Source: Ruegeria phage vB_RpoP-V12. From it: a stretch of 32,000 nucleotides of DNA. Location: the sequence record NC_049435.1, one strand, 5' to 3'. Positions 31,846-32,000 of the stretch are shown here, piece by piece. Below the pieces are notes generated by a model that was not told where the DNA came from, made no database searches, and saw nothing but the letters and a program-made list of their open reading frames with translations. The translations under genes and the position numbers were made by a program. The first letter of the stretch is position 1, and every line of letters starts with the position of its first letter.

Positions 31846-32000
31846 TATCAGGCAGATCATCACAGCAATAGCAGGGGTGTTCATCACCCTTGCTTCTTTT
31901 TTCATCATTGCCCTTCTGGGAGCAATGGTGATGTTCGTGGGTTACTTCCTGATCTGGGGATTGATAGGGATTGCGGTTATCTCCTTCATCGTATTCCTTG
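31835..32000 (+). CDS. membrane protein, 5' part only (runs off the window)
   Basis: ATG 31835 overlaps the end of the previous gene. It translates to MLTNIRQIITAIAGVFITLASFFIIALLGAMVMFVGYFLIWGLIGIAVISFIVFL, i.e. two consecutive hydrophobic helices. It has no stop before the window end, so it is absent from the ORF track. Confidence 0.45.
   Translation, partial: MLTNIRQIITAIAGVFITLASFFIIALLGAMVMFVGYFLIWGLIGIAVISFIVFL

Noticed and set aside
1-32000. tRNA genes, CRISPR arrays, integrase or transposase genes, reverse transcriptase/DGR, and inteins or group I introns in RNR or polymerase.
   Set aside because: No intergenic gap is long enough for a tRNA with a T-loop-like GTTCGAAT motif, and no spaced direct repeats are present. 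No recombinase or RT motifs occur in any ORF. RNR (776 aa) and polymerase (876 aa) have contiguous motifs and sizes that leave no room for an intein. The HNH gene is free-standing between genes rather than inside one.

Overview
The window is a densely packed, single-strand (+) block of a tailed-phage genome. About 45 genes are mostly joined by ATGA/TGATG-type overlaps, and three clear intrinsic terminators are present. From memory, the content and order match the early/middle arm of N4-like podoviruses (Schitoviridae), as seen in marine isolates: MoxR-type AAA+ ATPase + VWA protein, dCMP deaminase, ThyX, MazG, thioredoxin, rIIA/rIIB, class II RNR, Dda/RecD-like helicase, family A DNA polymerase, PD-(D/E)XK nuclease, AEP primase, AAA_24 ATPase, SSB-like protein and a RusA-like resolvase. 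I found no tRNA, CRISPR array, integrase or transposase. All long minus-strand ORFs look like shadow ORFs. The points that stand out are listed below.
- The rIIA-like gene is split across three reading frames by a frame change near 12806-12855 and by a perfect 19-bp tandem duplication at 14126-14163.
- A tail-fibre-like gene is split by a second frame change (8678-8717).
- A terminator-bounded fibre/adhesin-like module sits inside the replication arm and carries a sharply AT-rich island.
- A tightly coupled five-gene accessory cassette runs from 16561 to 18653: HNH, a highly acidic lipoprotein, two Rossmann/SLOG-like proteins and an unknown. It is preceded by two copies of a 10-bp palindrome.
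- Several candidate RNA or operator structures are present.

All functional calls rest on motif recognition by eye. No database search was run.
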